A stretch of DNA of 64,000 nt from Phyllosticta citribraziliensis (lineage: Eukaryota): positions 310,001 through 374,000 of the forward strand of contig NW_027117353.1 of assembly GCF_038025025.1 (NCBI RefSeq), in the 5' to 3' direction. Below, piece by piece: positions 21,679-34,926 of the stretch (position 1 is its first letter; every line of letters begins with the position of its first letter). Made by a program: the position numbers and the translations under genes. The notes beneath the pieces were generated by a model. It was not told the origin of the DNA. It ran no database searches and saw only the letters and a list, made by a program, of their open reading frames with translations.

Positions 21679-23093
21679 CCTGACCGCGATTCGGAATAGG
21701 CTGCCGTGCCCTACCTAATCGAGAGGGCGCTGCTGAAGCGAGAGCAACCATGCAATCATTTCAAAACTCAAACCCTCCACTGCATGGCAAGCAAGGGCGA
21801 AGCCTTGCATTTGGCTGCATGGAAGATTCTACCATCCATGTGACAAGGTGGCTGACTGGCCGGGCGAGAGGACTGGGAGGCCCAACACAACATGCCTTGG
21901 TTGTCTATTCCTCACTGCTCTGCCTATCGTTGTAGTTGCAGTCCTCTTTCTGTCGACATTGCAGACGTTTTGACTGCTGCCATTAAGCGCGTCATCAGCT
22001 TTGCTAGGACTTGTGTGTGCTACCTGAGAGTTTAGTCTATCGTATACAGGAATACGTAGATTTGAAGCCTGAACAGAACTAGAGCAGGCCAGGTCTACAG
22101 TGGCGTATACTTCACGACCTCGACTCCGCGTTGTACCTTGCATCCATCACAGAGAGAAGAAAAGGCAGTGTAATAGCCCGAGGCGTGACACATTGGCGTA
22201 CTCCAGCGCCACCAAGAAGCATTCTGTTAGTGCTGAGGTGAACGGATGGATACTCAGATGTAGTGTGGTGGGTTAGTGGCCGGCCAGGCGTTGACGGGCA
22301 GACATACACGATACAGGCAGTCTTCGACGCAGACTGAGCGGATGACGAAGGCAAATGGCAGACAGACACCCAGCCAGCTCTTTACACCACGATGCCACCT
22401 ACCAGTCTGTTTCGCTGTCTAGTTCTGCCTCGTGGTTGATTGCTACAGCGTAAAGTCGTGCTGTTGGACAGTTATTGCTGGACGACGTTCACGGTTGCTG
22501 CTCAAGTGCTGAGCCTGCTTGTCTATGGCTTGATTTGATGGTGGGTTGTGTATTAGTATTTCGACAATCTGCATTGAGGGGCTGCGATTCGAGTTTACTG
22601 GTTGGCTTGCTGGACTTTTGCTGTGGGGTAGGGAAAATTGTGTGGACTCATCGTGAATACATTCGAGAGGAAGTGCGAGGAGACGAGTGGATGGGACAGG
22701 GAACTATGTGGTTTGATCGCGCCAAAAAGTGATGGCACTCGTTGAGACCATCAAAGGAGCAACCATGAAGATGGGTTCCAGGGATTGCGTATCTGCTGCG
22801 AGGGAAGAATTGCCAATTCAGCTCTCTCACGTCGCCACTGTGGAAAAACGGGTTGCTGGGGCTTCTAGGTAGGCGGGAGGCATTGTTGACTTTCAACTCT
22901 TTTTGATTTTGGAGGTATCTCAAATTCTAGCACGTGAAAGGTGTGCTCTCTCCCGATGCTGGACCCGTGAATCAATCCCTCTTCTGGAAAAAGAAATGCA
23001 CACCGCAAATAAAACGCCGGAGCCCGCCCATACCCATCCCGCCAGAAAACTTTGGGAAATGCGCTGTGCAAATGCAAGTTGCAGAGAACGTGA

Positions 23094-23997
23094 CTACTCC
23101 TCCATTGCGCCAATCTCGGTAACCTCCTGCTTTGCGGCGCTGTAGTATCTGCAGTGGTTTATCAGCACATTGATGGATCGACTGGGTGGAATTTTCGCCT
23201 GCGAAGCAGCGGCGGGGGAACAGAAGAGGGGAATGCAAATGCCGCGGATGGCGCGCGCGCCCCTCCAACGGACAAGTGAGATGACTTACGCCTTGAGCTG
23301 GATCTTAAATTCGGCCATTGCCACGCCAAAGAGCTTCAACAGCGCCGTCTGGTGGCTACTCAAAGTTTGTCCCTCCTTGCACACGGTGTACGGCTGGTCC
23401 AGCATCACCTTGCCCTTGTCCAGGCGCGTCGGCATGCCCCATTTGCGCACCGTCACCTCCATCGGATGCGGCAGAGGCACGTCCTCTTCGACTGCAACCT
23501 CGCCGCCCCGGCTGTACACGATGCCCTCCGGCACAGTGAACGACTGCGGCGCTATGACGCCTGCGCGGGCGAAATCCGTCTGAGTGTACGTCTCGAAGTA
23601 TTCAATGACATCGGCCGGCTCGCGCGAGGTGAAGATCAATCCGACATTCCCCGTCAGGTGCCCCGTCAGCTTGTGAACGTTGGGGAGGTGCTCTGAAGCC
23701 GGGTCGGTGCCGAGGGCCTTCGCCATGACCTTGGTCTTGCCGAAGAACAATCTGGAGAAGGCATTAGAACCTCCTTTTGCAGCGGACGCGACGGCAAAAA
23801 GCATACCTGCTGTCCGAAAACTCTTGTCGCACTTCCTTCAGGTACGTGTTGCGCATGTTCTCGACATCGAAGACAAAAATGTACTGATAGTTCTCGGCAG
23901 CCTCGCGGACATTGTTGAACAGCTTCTCGGAATGCTCCTTGCCCTTCTTGTCGACCTGGGAGAGGTGAACGACCTTGGCGCGCTTGGACTTGGGCAT
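23094..23997 (-). CDS. MRT4: Ribosome assembly factor Mrt4 (introns 23752-23806, 23149-23289)
   Basis: MPKSKRAKVVHLSQVDKKGKE...VENMRNTYLKEVR...RLFFGKTKVMAKALG...DFARAG...LKLFGVAMAEFKIQLKA|YYSAAKQEVTEIGAMEE*. Splice sites are canonical. Confidence 0.95.
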
Positions 23998-24275
23998 CTT
24001 GACGGAATTTGCGACGGCGGAGAGGGTTTGTTGCGTAGCTGGGAGCGCGCTGCGGTAAAAAAGTTGCGGTGGTGTTGAAAATTCCGGGTTATCTTATCGG
24101 CGCCGCGGCAGGTTTTCACGACGCCCGGCGCCAAAAAAGCGCAAGCTCAGGCGAGGCGTCGCCGACCGCGCGCGCGACAGCACCCGCCCGCATGCCCCCC
24201 AGCGAGCTCCTGCCCGTCCACAACAACTCCTCACCGAGTCTTGGAGCTCCCAGCTCAGCATGTTGACGGCGCGAC

Positions 24276-25596
24276 ATGCTCGGGTTCATGGATTATGTGC
24301 AGAATGCGTTCCACGAAGCGTCGCATTGGAATCATGACAACTCGTACTCCTACCTCACAGCGACGGCTCAAGGTACCTCGAACACCACCACACAGCACCG
24401 GTCGAGTCTCTGCGCTAACAATTTTCTGCAGGTCTGCTGGACTTCCAGACGCCTTGGGGACTGCGGCTGAACCTCTCGTCTCTGTCGTCTCCAAACTTTG
24501 CCACGTCCTACTCGCTTGGCACCGTGGGAGTCGTCGATGGCTCCCTGTCCTACCTTTACTCGTCGCTCCCGCTGAACGCAAAGTCTCGTACGAGCGAGCT
24601 CGACCTCCACAACCTTATTCGCGGCTACCGGCACATCAAAGAGCTCCGTAGGCCCGACGAGCCTTTTTGGTGGGAGCTATGGCACCGGGGAAAGAGGGTT
24701 GACCGCCGAGGTGCGCTCCTCCAACAAGTCTGGTCCGACAGCGACGTGCGGCTTTGCTAAAACCGTGCTCAGATTTTGTGTTGTACGGGCGACTGTTCCT
24801 GCCCACAAACTCGCTCGAAGCGCTGTACCTGCGTCGCGTTTCACCGACGCGGCAAGTTCGTATAGCAGCGGTCAGCGACTCGAACATGAATAATGGTGGG
24901 ACCATTCTCGGCGTGGTGCAAAACGATCATGGCAAGTACAGCACCGAGTTGCTCTACAGCACGGATAGCGCGCTCCTCGGCGCCCGCGGCCTTTACAACT
25001 TCGGGCATGACCCCAGGGGGCCTGAGGCGGTGGAGGGGAGAACCCAGAAGCAAAGCGCCGAGAGAGTCAGCGGGCGGTTCAGCGCCGGCGCAGAGGTTTA
25101 CTATGGGCTGCTCAATAAGAGTGGGGGAATCAGCACTGGGTTAAGGTTTGCAACGCTTCCCCAGCATGCCGGCTTCCCATATACGATGACGCTCACGCTG
25201 AATCCCCTGATGGGGAGCCTGTCGTCGACGTATGCGGTCAAGGCCGGGCCCAGTCTCGCGCTTTGCTCGCGATTCGACTTCAACTTTTACTCAAACGAGA
25301 GCGATCTGCAGCTTGGCTGCGAGTTGTGGCAGCGGAGGAAGGAGGCAGACGAGGCCGAGTGGGCAAGGCGAATGATACGGGCCGAGTGGGCGACGACGCG
25401 CAACAAGAGGGCTCAGCAACACGACGAGGATGTCACGGGAGTGCTCAAGGCGCGAGTTGATCAGAAGTGGAGGATCGGGGTGTTGTGGGAGGGCAGAGTC
25501 AAGGAACTCCTGTTCACGGTGGGAGCCAGCTTCGATCTGAAACGACGGGAGCAGATCTTTCGCGCCGTTGGCGTAGAGGTTCAGTACTCATCCTAG
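24276..25596 (+). CDS. MDM10: Mitochondrial distribution and morphology protein 10, ERMES/SAM beta-barrel (introns about 24373-24431, 24711-24772)
   Basis: [36 protein letters not shown]...[22 protein letters not shown]...[21 protein letters not shown], and C-terminal GVEVQYSS. Confidence 0.95.
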
Positions 25597-27176
25597 CCGA
25601 TCGCAGATCCCGTAGTGTAAGGCAAAGACAGGCGCTCGAGCATCGGAGCAGAAGGGAAGGGCAGGGCAGTTTGCGCTTGACTTGGCATTCGTCGGAAAGT
25701 GGACGGGGAGGCGGAGGGGGAAGAGTCCAGCAGCCAGGGAGCCGTCTGCGACTCGTGGTGCGTCATCAGGCCGGGCGCTGAGGCTGAGAAGAGGCTCGGT
25801 GACCCGTGATGCACTGAGGCGCGTGTGTCTTGTGCCTTGTGCCTGACGGCGGGAAGCGCGTTCCGCAAGGTGTTGCGGCTTCGGTCGCAGCGGGGGGCAT
25901 GGTGGGGGACTTGCTCGGGGGGGAGGGGGGGGAACGAGGGCGAGCATGAGCAGGTTTCCCGGGCATTACATAGTTGTCAGCACAGGTGAGCGAGAGCGAG
26001 AGGGTCGACCAGGTGTGGTTTTCTTTTCGGAGCGTCTGCTGGGTGCCACGACGTGGTCGCATCCGTCGAGGGACGACATCCCAGAGGCTGGGCGTCTCTC
26101 ATGCTTCCCGCCAAAGCCGACGGCCAACTGCCAGCAGCGAGCGGAGCGGCTATTTATATACAGGGCCAATGAGGACAGGGCCGAGTCGTGTGCATGCAGG
26201 ACTGTTCCTGACTAGACGTGCAGCGTTCCTGAGGGCTGCTTGTGCTGCGTCGTGGCGCGTAGTCGAGGGTCGAGGGTCGAGGGTGGGTGGTGCAACGTGA
26301 GGTGAGGGAGGGAGACGGGCGAGCAAGAAGACGGCGAGAACCACCACCACCACCACGACCAACGGCGGCATCCATCACGAACGACAGTAACTCGCCGGCT
26401 GGCTGGCTGACTGGGTGGTGCTACTCGACTTGCCTGAGCCTTTTCCAGCGTTGGACCGCGCCGTGATCGAAGCTGCGCCGCGCCGCCGCAGGGCGACCCT
26501 GCCGGCCATCAATACCCCTGCCGCTAACTCGAGCGGAGCCAACGCGGCCGGCGCTGCCGTCGAACCAAAACCGCTTTTTGCCCCCCCTTTCTATCCTCTG
26601 GTCCTTCTCAGCACCCACCCTCCCTCTCCGTCATTATACCTCGCTTTCGCAATACTCGTCGCCGCCCAGGTGTCGCTTTGCCTTGTCGTCTCTTTTCGGC
26701 CATCCTGTGCCTGCTACCCACGCTCTCTTCGCGTTCAGTCTCTCTTTTTCCCCCATCGACGCCGTTCACTCCTTCCGGCCGTCTTTGCCTCTCTCTTCTG
26801 GGCCACGCCCGTCCCCTCCTTACTGTCCCTCGGCCATACATCCTTTTTGCGCTGAAGCCCTGTCCGCGCTCAGAGTCTCAGTCGATCAGTTGCTCCTGTG
26901 CCTGACTAAAGCAAGAGAGCTTGGATACTACAACGACCTGGAGCCATACCCTTCCGCCGTCGCCGCTCCTTCTGCTTGCTGCCGCGCCCAACGCTCTCCT
27001 GAGCCCGTCCGACACTCATCTTGACCCGTCTTCCGACCGCAACGTCTTGCTTTCCTTCACGACCCTCACGACCGTCAACCTCTTGGATATAACCTCGACC
27101 TCGACCCTCTTACAACCCTATTGGCCCGAGTCAAGGCCGAATCCGATCTCTCGCTGCTCCGCCCATCGCGACGGCC

Positions 27177-29151
27177 ATGCAGTCAACCACGGCTCCTCAG
27201 CCCACCACCATGGTCACGACGCCCGTCTCGGCCACGTCGCCGGGCGCTTCCACGCCTGGCCAGTCTGGTCAGAACGGCTCTGCGCGCCGGCCGCCGCGCA
27301 AGTCGACCCTGACGCAGCAACAGAAGAACCAGAAGCGCCAGAGGGCCACGCAAAACCAACTCATCACTCTCGAGATGGAGTTCAACAAGAACCCTACTCC
27401 CACTGCTCAAGTCCGAGAGAGGATTGCGCAGGAGATCAACATGACGGAGCGCTCGGTGCAGATTTGGTTCCAGAACAGGTTTGTCGAACCATCTCCAGAT
27501 CCTCCCGCACGCGACGCTAATCATGGCCCAGGCGAGCTAAGATAAAGAACCTCGCTAAGAAGAGCATCGAGAGCGGCGAGGATTGCAATGACATTCCAGA
27601 GTCGATGCGCCGGTACCTCGCCATGCAGGCGATGGAGTCGGGCAAGACCCTGCACCACAACTTTCTCAGCCGCGGAGGTGGCATGCCTTACGGCCATGGC
27701 ATGCTCCTCAACACCGATACGAGCTCTTCCAAAGTCGGTTAGTAGTGTACTCGTGTCTCACACCAGTGATACCTTGCTGATAGTCTTCAGTCATCCACCA
27801 CTTTGTTTGCCGCTCTCTCACTATTGGTTCATGGAAGCGCGTCGGGCAAAACTCGATGGATCTGGTCATCTTCTACTCCCCTGAGAAGTGCTGTGTGACC
27901 TATTATATCAACAATGACTCGGCAGGCTACAAGATCGAGTATCCCTTTTCATCGATCAAGAACATTTCTCTCGAGCTCGGAGATGCAAACGCCGCCGAGG
28001 GCGCATCGCCTTCTGGAGGCTTGATCGTGGAACTCATGCGACCCCCGAACTTCTTCATGGACTCCTCCGGCTCCGGTGGTTTCTACCAATGCGGCGACTT
28101 TACCGAGGACCAGCAAGCGTCTCAGGTCTTGGTGCACCATCTCGGCGGTTCACCCAAGGTTCTTAGTGGACAGCTCGCCAAGCTCGTCTCGCTCGAGTCT
28201 TTCCAGAACAGGCACAGCTATTACGACCCGAACCAGCTCGCCATGTCTGCCCCGGTTTCTCCCATCAATCACAGGCCAGCATCCCAGCCGAACCACTTCG
28301 TCCATCCCCACTCGGGCATGTATCACGAAAGTCCGTTTGAGATGCCACCACCTATGAGCGGTGGCGGCCATCTTCAGCCTCCTCCGGCCAGGGGTCACAA
28401 GCGTCAAAGGAGTCGATCGGTGCCTGTTGCCATGGATTTCTCGATGCTCCGACAGAACCCAATGCAGCCGTTCATGATTCAACCACCACAGACGTCGTAC
28501 CCGGCGTCCTACACCCCGATGCCGACGACGCCCATGCCGCAGACGCCGATCTCCCAGACCCCCATGTCGCAACCACAGGAAATCTACGCGCCGGTGCCGC
28601 AACACAGCATGTCTGGCCCTATCGGCCCCAACCTCAGCATTGACACTTCGGCTGGGTACGGCATGGACTTTAAACAATACCCGATGTCTGCAACCACGGC
28701 CAACTCGCCTTCCGAGTACGGCACGCCCGGCTTCTACACCTCGAACCCGGGACCAGACAACATGCCCCAGGCCACGTTCAGTACGCCGTACAGCAACCCC
28801 TACCTCTCCCCGCTCCCAGACCAAACTAGCATGCCTGCTCAGTCTGTTTCTCCCATGTCGGCCATGAGCCATCATGGCGACCCGATCATTGCGAACCAGT
28901 CGCCGCCCCTTACCTCGTTGGGGCGAGCATCTTCGGCGGATCTCTACCCGATGACACACGACAACGGCATGTCCGACGACACCGTTTCCCTCAGCGATAT
29001 GTATGCGAAGCAATCCTTGTCGTTGCCTTTCCGGTCGCCCATGGGCGACGAGAATCTTGACGATCTCGACATGTCGAATCTCGTATCGTTCGGCACGATT
29101 GACCCGTCAAGTCTCTCGCCCGGGCAACCTCAGCAGCAACCGACAATGTGA
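27177..29151 (+). CDS. Homeodomain transcription factor, RfeB/Phx1-like (introns 27479-27531, 27738-27790)
   Basis: Homeodomain [54 protein letters not shown], then the conserved block [12 protein letters not shown]...MDLVIFYSP...AGYKIEYPF and an [10 protein letters not shown] motif. Confidence 0.88.
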
Positions 29152-31499
29152 CCTGCGCCGCGGATATTCCTGCGGAAGCGCAATGCGCCCGAGCCCAAAG
29201 CTAATCCCTGGGATTGACCCGCGGTGCACTACATGTTAACAACCACGCCAAATTTTCATATACCCCTTTTCCAGCGGCATTTTGTGTGCGAGCTGTTTCA
29301 CGTGTCGTCGAGTAGTTGCCGCCAACAACTAATATCGTAATCGATCGAGGAATATCCCAGAATACCAGTTCTGGAGGTTTAAAGAGACCGGGAGGATCAG
29401 TGCCCAGGAAACCAGAGTTCGGCGTTTGCTTCGGATGGCTAGTTGAGGAGTGATGGGAAATGGGACAACACGGCCGGTACAGAAATGAAGTTGACTGCAA
29501 AAGGCGGACTGGCTGAGCCTGCGCCATCCGTACTTTTCATGGCTGAGCTGCGCTGCGCTGAAACATGGACAAATCGTGTTCAGTTTTTGGATCCAACTCT
29601 TCTGGTCTTGTTTTCTTTTCTACCGCTTCGACTTGTCAGCATACCGGGTTTTCGGCTGCTTTTGAGCCTTGTTTTTATTGCTGGTCTGCTGGTTCTACTT
29701 CTTCACTTCGTCTCCACCTCTTCTCCTTCTCCTTACAACCTTGAATCGCGAGAACGCGTGCCTTCGCTTTCAACATTTTTCTTTGTTCGCGTGGTCTCCA
29801 CACAACTTTTCTTCTCCTTGTCTACCGTGAGCGGAAGCCTTCTTTGCGGATCTCTCGAAACCTGCGGCACGCTCGGCGCACACTTTTTTTTCTCTTTTTT
29901 TCTACTCTTTCTTCTCTTCACATCTTCTTCACAAATTTTGGGAAATAACCTTCTCAAAGATCGTAGGGTGGGAACAAACTGCAATATCAAACATACATGT
30001 GGCAAAGATCTTTGGGCGTCACCAAACACACACCAGAAACGTCTTTTATTCTTTTTGCCGCCATACACGGAGGCGGGGGACAGTCGAGACGGAAGCCTGT
30101 CAATTGAGGACCCGTTTCGTTGGCTCTCTTGGTTTGAATTCTTTTCTTGTTTCTTCCTAAATGTGGTCGATTGGAGCCCCCCTTTTTTCAAACGCCGCTT
30201 TATTCTTTCTACTTTCCCATTTGTGGTTGTCCGAGGGGCCCGGGTGGACCGGGGAAAGCCGTGTGTCATCCTCCTCGTCCCCTTCTTCTAAATCCCCCCT
30301 CTACTACTCTAAACCTTGTTCAGGTGTTGTGTTGACGGAGTCGGTGTAAGAGTGCCCGGTGTGTTGTCTGTCTGTGTCTGTATTTTCTCCCTGTTTGTCT
30401 TTTGTTTTTCCTTGTGGTTTTGGTTGGGCTTTTTTCCTTTTTCTTTACATATACCTCCCGCTGCGCGGAAGAGTTTTATACCGTATCGTATCGTCTTACA
30501 AGGAAATTTTATTTCTTTGTCTATCTACCACTTACCTATCTATGGTCTGCTGTTGTCTCTGACGATGCGTGATGTAATGGATTGGATGGGACGAAAGAGG
30601 TGGGTTGACTGCGTATGTGAGCGGCGCAGTGACGTGGGCGTGCTCACCTCTGTCTCTCTCATCTACCACCACCACCACCACCTCACCATCCATGTCCCCT
30701 CAACCTCACCTCGCCTCTCCTAACCTAGCCTACCCTGGCCTAGCCTAGCAGCTGGCTAGCTGGTGGCCCTACGCACCAACGCAGGTACGACAGGACAGAT
30801 AGGGCTGAGGCCGTGGAAGGGTCCGTGGCCAAGTAGTCGCGCGAGGATTGTGCGTGGCGTGGGCATGGGCATGGGCGTGGGCATGGCATGGCATGGCGTG
30901 CGGGCGGCCGCGGCGTCCAATGCTAACCCGCACCACGCACGTCCCACATCCCACATCCTTACCTTTTGCGCACCAGCGGCGAGCGGCGGCGGCGGCGGTC
31001 GTCGGTCGGTCGGCCGGACGGTCGGTCGTTCGGCGTACTCGGTCGGGGTGAAGGCTGGCTGGCTTACTGGCTGGCTGGCCGGCTCGTAGATCAGGGGTCG
31101 GTGGTGGTGGTGGGCGGGTTTGGAGGCAGACCGAGTTCAGTTCGCGCGCCATCGAGGTTGCCGGGGGGAGTAGGTAGTACTGTAGGTATGCCTTTGTTTA
31201 CCTTTACTGGCTGGCTGGCCAGATTTGGACATTTGGATCCCTGCCTGTATACCAATACTCAGTGAGAGGGCGATCGATGCTGAGCGACGCGACACCATGC
31301 CATGGCGTTTGCGAACACGAGATTCTTCGCGCGCGAGCGCGCGCCTCGCTTTTGTCTTGCCGCTCGTTGTTTGCACTACATGGCTATGTGGTTAGCTCCT
31401 GGTTGGGAGGAAAAAGGATGTCGGTCGCGATGCATAGTTTGCTTTGCTTTGTTGGAAGGGCTTGCTTGGTGCTCCTCTATCGGGCGGCAGGTTGCGTGC

Positions 31500-31503
<4 letters not shown>

Positions 31504-31536
<33 letters not shown>
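31504..31536. repeat. (GT)n microsatellite, about 16 units
   Basis: Uninterrupted GT run, read directly. Confidence 0.95.
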
Positions 31537-31539
<3 letters not shown>

Positions 31540-34500
31540 GGAGGCAGGGAGACAGGGAGACACCTAGAGGCGGGAGGATTGATGGAAAAATGGGAACGTG
31601 GCTGGCTGGCTGGCTAGACTAGGCATGTGGGTAGGGGACTGTGCGGACTGGGGACTGCCGGTTTAATATACGCAAGGCTGTCTGTCTGTCCCTCGTGGGT
31701 GAGGGTTTTGGTTCTCTGCTAGGTGGCAGTTGTCTGTCTACTTTGTGCTGTGGGTGCGCGGTAGAGGTAGGTAGGTTTGTTTTTATGGGCCCATCGTGGT
31801 GTACATGGCAGATCGGATGTGTGCGTCTGCTGGTTTTTCGAGGACCATGGCCGTGAATGAGAGAGGGTACCAGACGGATGGGTCGTTGATCCACTGCTTA
31901 ATTGCATAACCAACAAACGTTGGTAGATACGTGGACCCCCTTCAATCGAGCTGCGCTTCTGCTTCTTCTGCTTCTTCCAACTGTCTTCTTGCCGCTGTTC
32001 TTGCGCTAGAAGATGAGGGAATCTATCGTTAGCAGCTAGCTAGCTTGATCGCTAGTTTTGCACGCACTTTTCAGCCGCACCGCTACGCTAGCGTTGCTAG
32101 GAGTACGAGTGGGAGTGATTTTTCATTCACTTACCGCACTGCCTCCCGCGCCCCCCTTACAGTACCTGTCCTGACGCGAATCGCTCGTGATTTGAGGCGT
32201 CGCGCGATGTCGCTGGCACTTTGATTGGGGGCCTGTCTATGATTGAGGTGGTGAAGTGGCGGGTTGTAGACTATGCCTGATGATGGGATCGATCGTGTTT
32301 CTTGCTCTCCTGTCGTTTGCACATCCTCTTTTATACAGTCGCATACCTTACTACAGTGCCACTTGCGCGGCTACATATCATCTGCTTGGTCTCCCCAGTC
32401 GTGCAAACATGGTCCATGAGGAATCATTCGTTTGGACACCGCATGCAGTCTACGCTGCTGCTTGGCCGGATCAGACATAGTACTGACTGCCTTTGCCCTG
32501 AATGGCAGGTTGATCTGCCGCCTGCCCAGTGCCGCTGGCGCGCGTGTCGATCGTCATACTTTGGTGAATGGGAAGCTGACCACAGCGTGCTTGCATGGAT
32601 AGGGGGGTAATTCAAGAGTGGTCAAGGCAGGTGGTACTCCTAGAAGTCGGGGTGCGCAAAGTGTCGTAAGCACTTGGCTTGGCTTGCCGTTGTGGCGGCG
32701 GCCGTGGGAGAGGCTGGATTACATACGATACGTAGCCATGAGCCACGGCCGAAAGTAGGGAGGAAAGGCGCGTGCTTTGATGACGGACTGATGTTGCGCC
32801 AGTCTAGACGTCGACGTCCAACTGCGATTGCGTTCTCCTCATGCTCTTGGCCGCTTGCCAAGTTGTTCGCCAGGGCGGCCATGGATCGACTGCCTGGATG
32901 GATGGATCTCGTCTCTGGAAATGAGCCCGAGCGGAGGGAACAGCGGGAGCGACCGAGGCGGCCGGAAGGAAGATCGGACAGCAATCAGAGCGACAGGATG
33001 AAAGGAGCGAGGGAAGGATCGCAGGTAGCTAGCCACTCGGTAAGCCCGGATGAGGCATGGTCAGATGAGATGATGCGCCTCTGTGACTTCAACGAAATCC
33101 GAGAGTCGGGTGTCCAGAGAATCAACGCTTACTGAGGCGCGCCGGTGGACATGAGGACGACTTGGAGTTGGAGACGTTGACATGAAATGAAGGGAGTGGG
33201 TTTGAGGATGTTTGGCTGCTGATTGAGTCGATGTGTGGCGCGACGACGTCACGAGCCACTTGTGCCCCCTTTGGACAAGCCATTGGTGAGGTAATTACGG
33301 AGGCAGAGGCAGAGGCAGAGACAGAGACAGAGACAGAACCAGGGACGGCCGAGATGGGATCTACGGCAGGGAGATGGGGGGTTTGGCGTTTTGATGGGCG
33401 CGAGGCCGAGTAGCGCGTGTGGTGGCGTCAGGGGATAGGTTGCGGATGCGGTAGGTGGTGAGGATTGCAATGGATGTGGCTGCTGAACTGGGCGGCGAAG
33501 ATTTGAACAAGGTCATCCGATAAGTTGATGGCGAGATGAATGGCGATGAATGGCTGGCGGTTGTCTACAGGAGGATCGAGTCGGGAGCGAGGAGACGGCC
33601 ATGGAAACAGAAGCAGGTGTTCTAAATTGGTCAAACGCCTGCAGCTGTCAGTCAACCCAGCGGGAAAAGGTGCATGGCCGGCGCAGAACTGGCGGCCCTT
33701 GTCGCAGACGAAATGATGGACTATTGCTGACTGTCGTACTCGTGGTTGCCGAGTGCCGCAACTTGTCCATGGTCGTGTATGACCAGGTGGAGCATTCGAC
33801 AGGGAGTTGATGCGAAAGGTACCCGTGGCTGAGGGTTGCCCGACACTTTGCGCACGCGAGCTGTCCGACGACGACGCGCCGTCCACCTCACCGCACCTCG
33901 ACCTCTCAACTCACCCGACACGTCGACAACCCATCCCATCAAGCCATCGATAATGGCGTCGGCGAGTCTAGAGACACGGCATCACGTAGAAGCCTCCAGC
34001 GGGGCCACCGAACATGCTCGCTTCCTATCTCGACCTCGCAAGGCTATCCACTACCTTCAACATCATCACCACGAACCAAGGCACCCGAGCTGATCTTGCA
34101 AGAATAGTTGCTGCCGCCTGATGCCCGAAACAATTTCTACACGCACGCCGTCTTCGTGCCAGTCCAAGTCCGACGGCTGTACCGTGCCGGGCCGCTCTTC
34201 TCGTCTACTTTCCGACTTGCCGTCTTCCATGACGTGCGTCTGCCTTCACTTTCTCTCAGTCTTGCAAGAAAGAGGGGTCGTTTCCTGGAATAGGACAAGT
34301 GTCGACCATGTGTCCTGCACGCGCGGGTGGCAGATGACAGTGTTGCGCGCTCGATTTTCTGCGGACTTAGCTCCACCATTTCCGCTTCTCACCCAGCCAC
34401 TAGTCTCTCCCCAAGTCCGTTCGGTGGCCAGCCACCAATTGTTTCTCCCCTTTTAGATCTCCCCTACAGTCGAGTATTGCCCATCATGCGTCGACAGGTG

Positions 34501-34926
34501 GGGCACAGGAGCTGCTCACGCTCCTCGCGTCTCGCCGAATCGCCGACTCTCTGGCCCATCCTGTCGCCGCCAGCTTGGCTGCCTCTTGTATTGCGACGAG
34601 GTGTACACCGGCAGCATGCCGCTTCGGGAAGGTGCCGTGTCCTTCACTGCCGCCCCAACACCCGTCACGATATTTCTTGTGGCTGGTGGGACTGCGAAAA
34701 GAGCTGCGGAACCCACCCTGGCGTGAAACGCTGCGCGTTCAAAAACTGGACATGATGGATTGTATAAGACGAGCGGACCGTCGCTAGAAGCAATCCTTCT
34801 GGCGCCGTCAAGATATCCGGATGTGAGAGGGAGTCTGCTCTGGAGCCTGATCCTTCAACTCATATTGTTTGTCGACTCCAGCCTCACCTTTTTCTCCCCG
34901 TCGGCCCGCAGGATTGACGTGCCGTA

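Noticed and set aside
21950..22900. TpA-rich patch between PARG and MRT4 as a possible RIP-degraded transposon
   Set aside because: I saw no terminal repeats, target-site duplication or transposase/RT remnants, and the AT shift is mild.
23149..23289. 141-nt MRT4 intron as a possible snoRNA host
   Set aside because: No C box (RTGATGA) paired with a D box and no convincing H/ACA layout.
29443..30291. 282-aa F/L-rich ORF and its K/R-rich antisense ORF
   Set aside because: Artefact of a T-rich UTR-like tract, with a non-ATG start and no domain.
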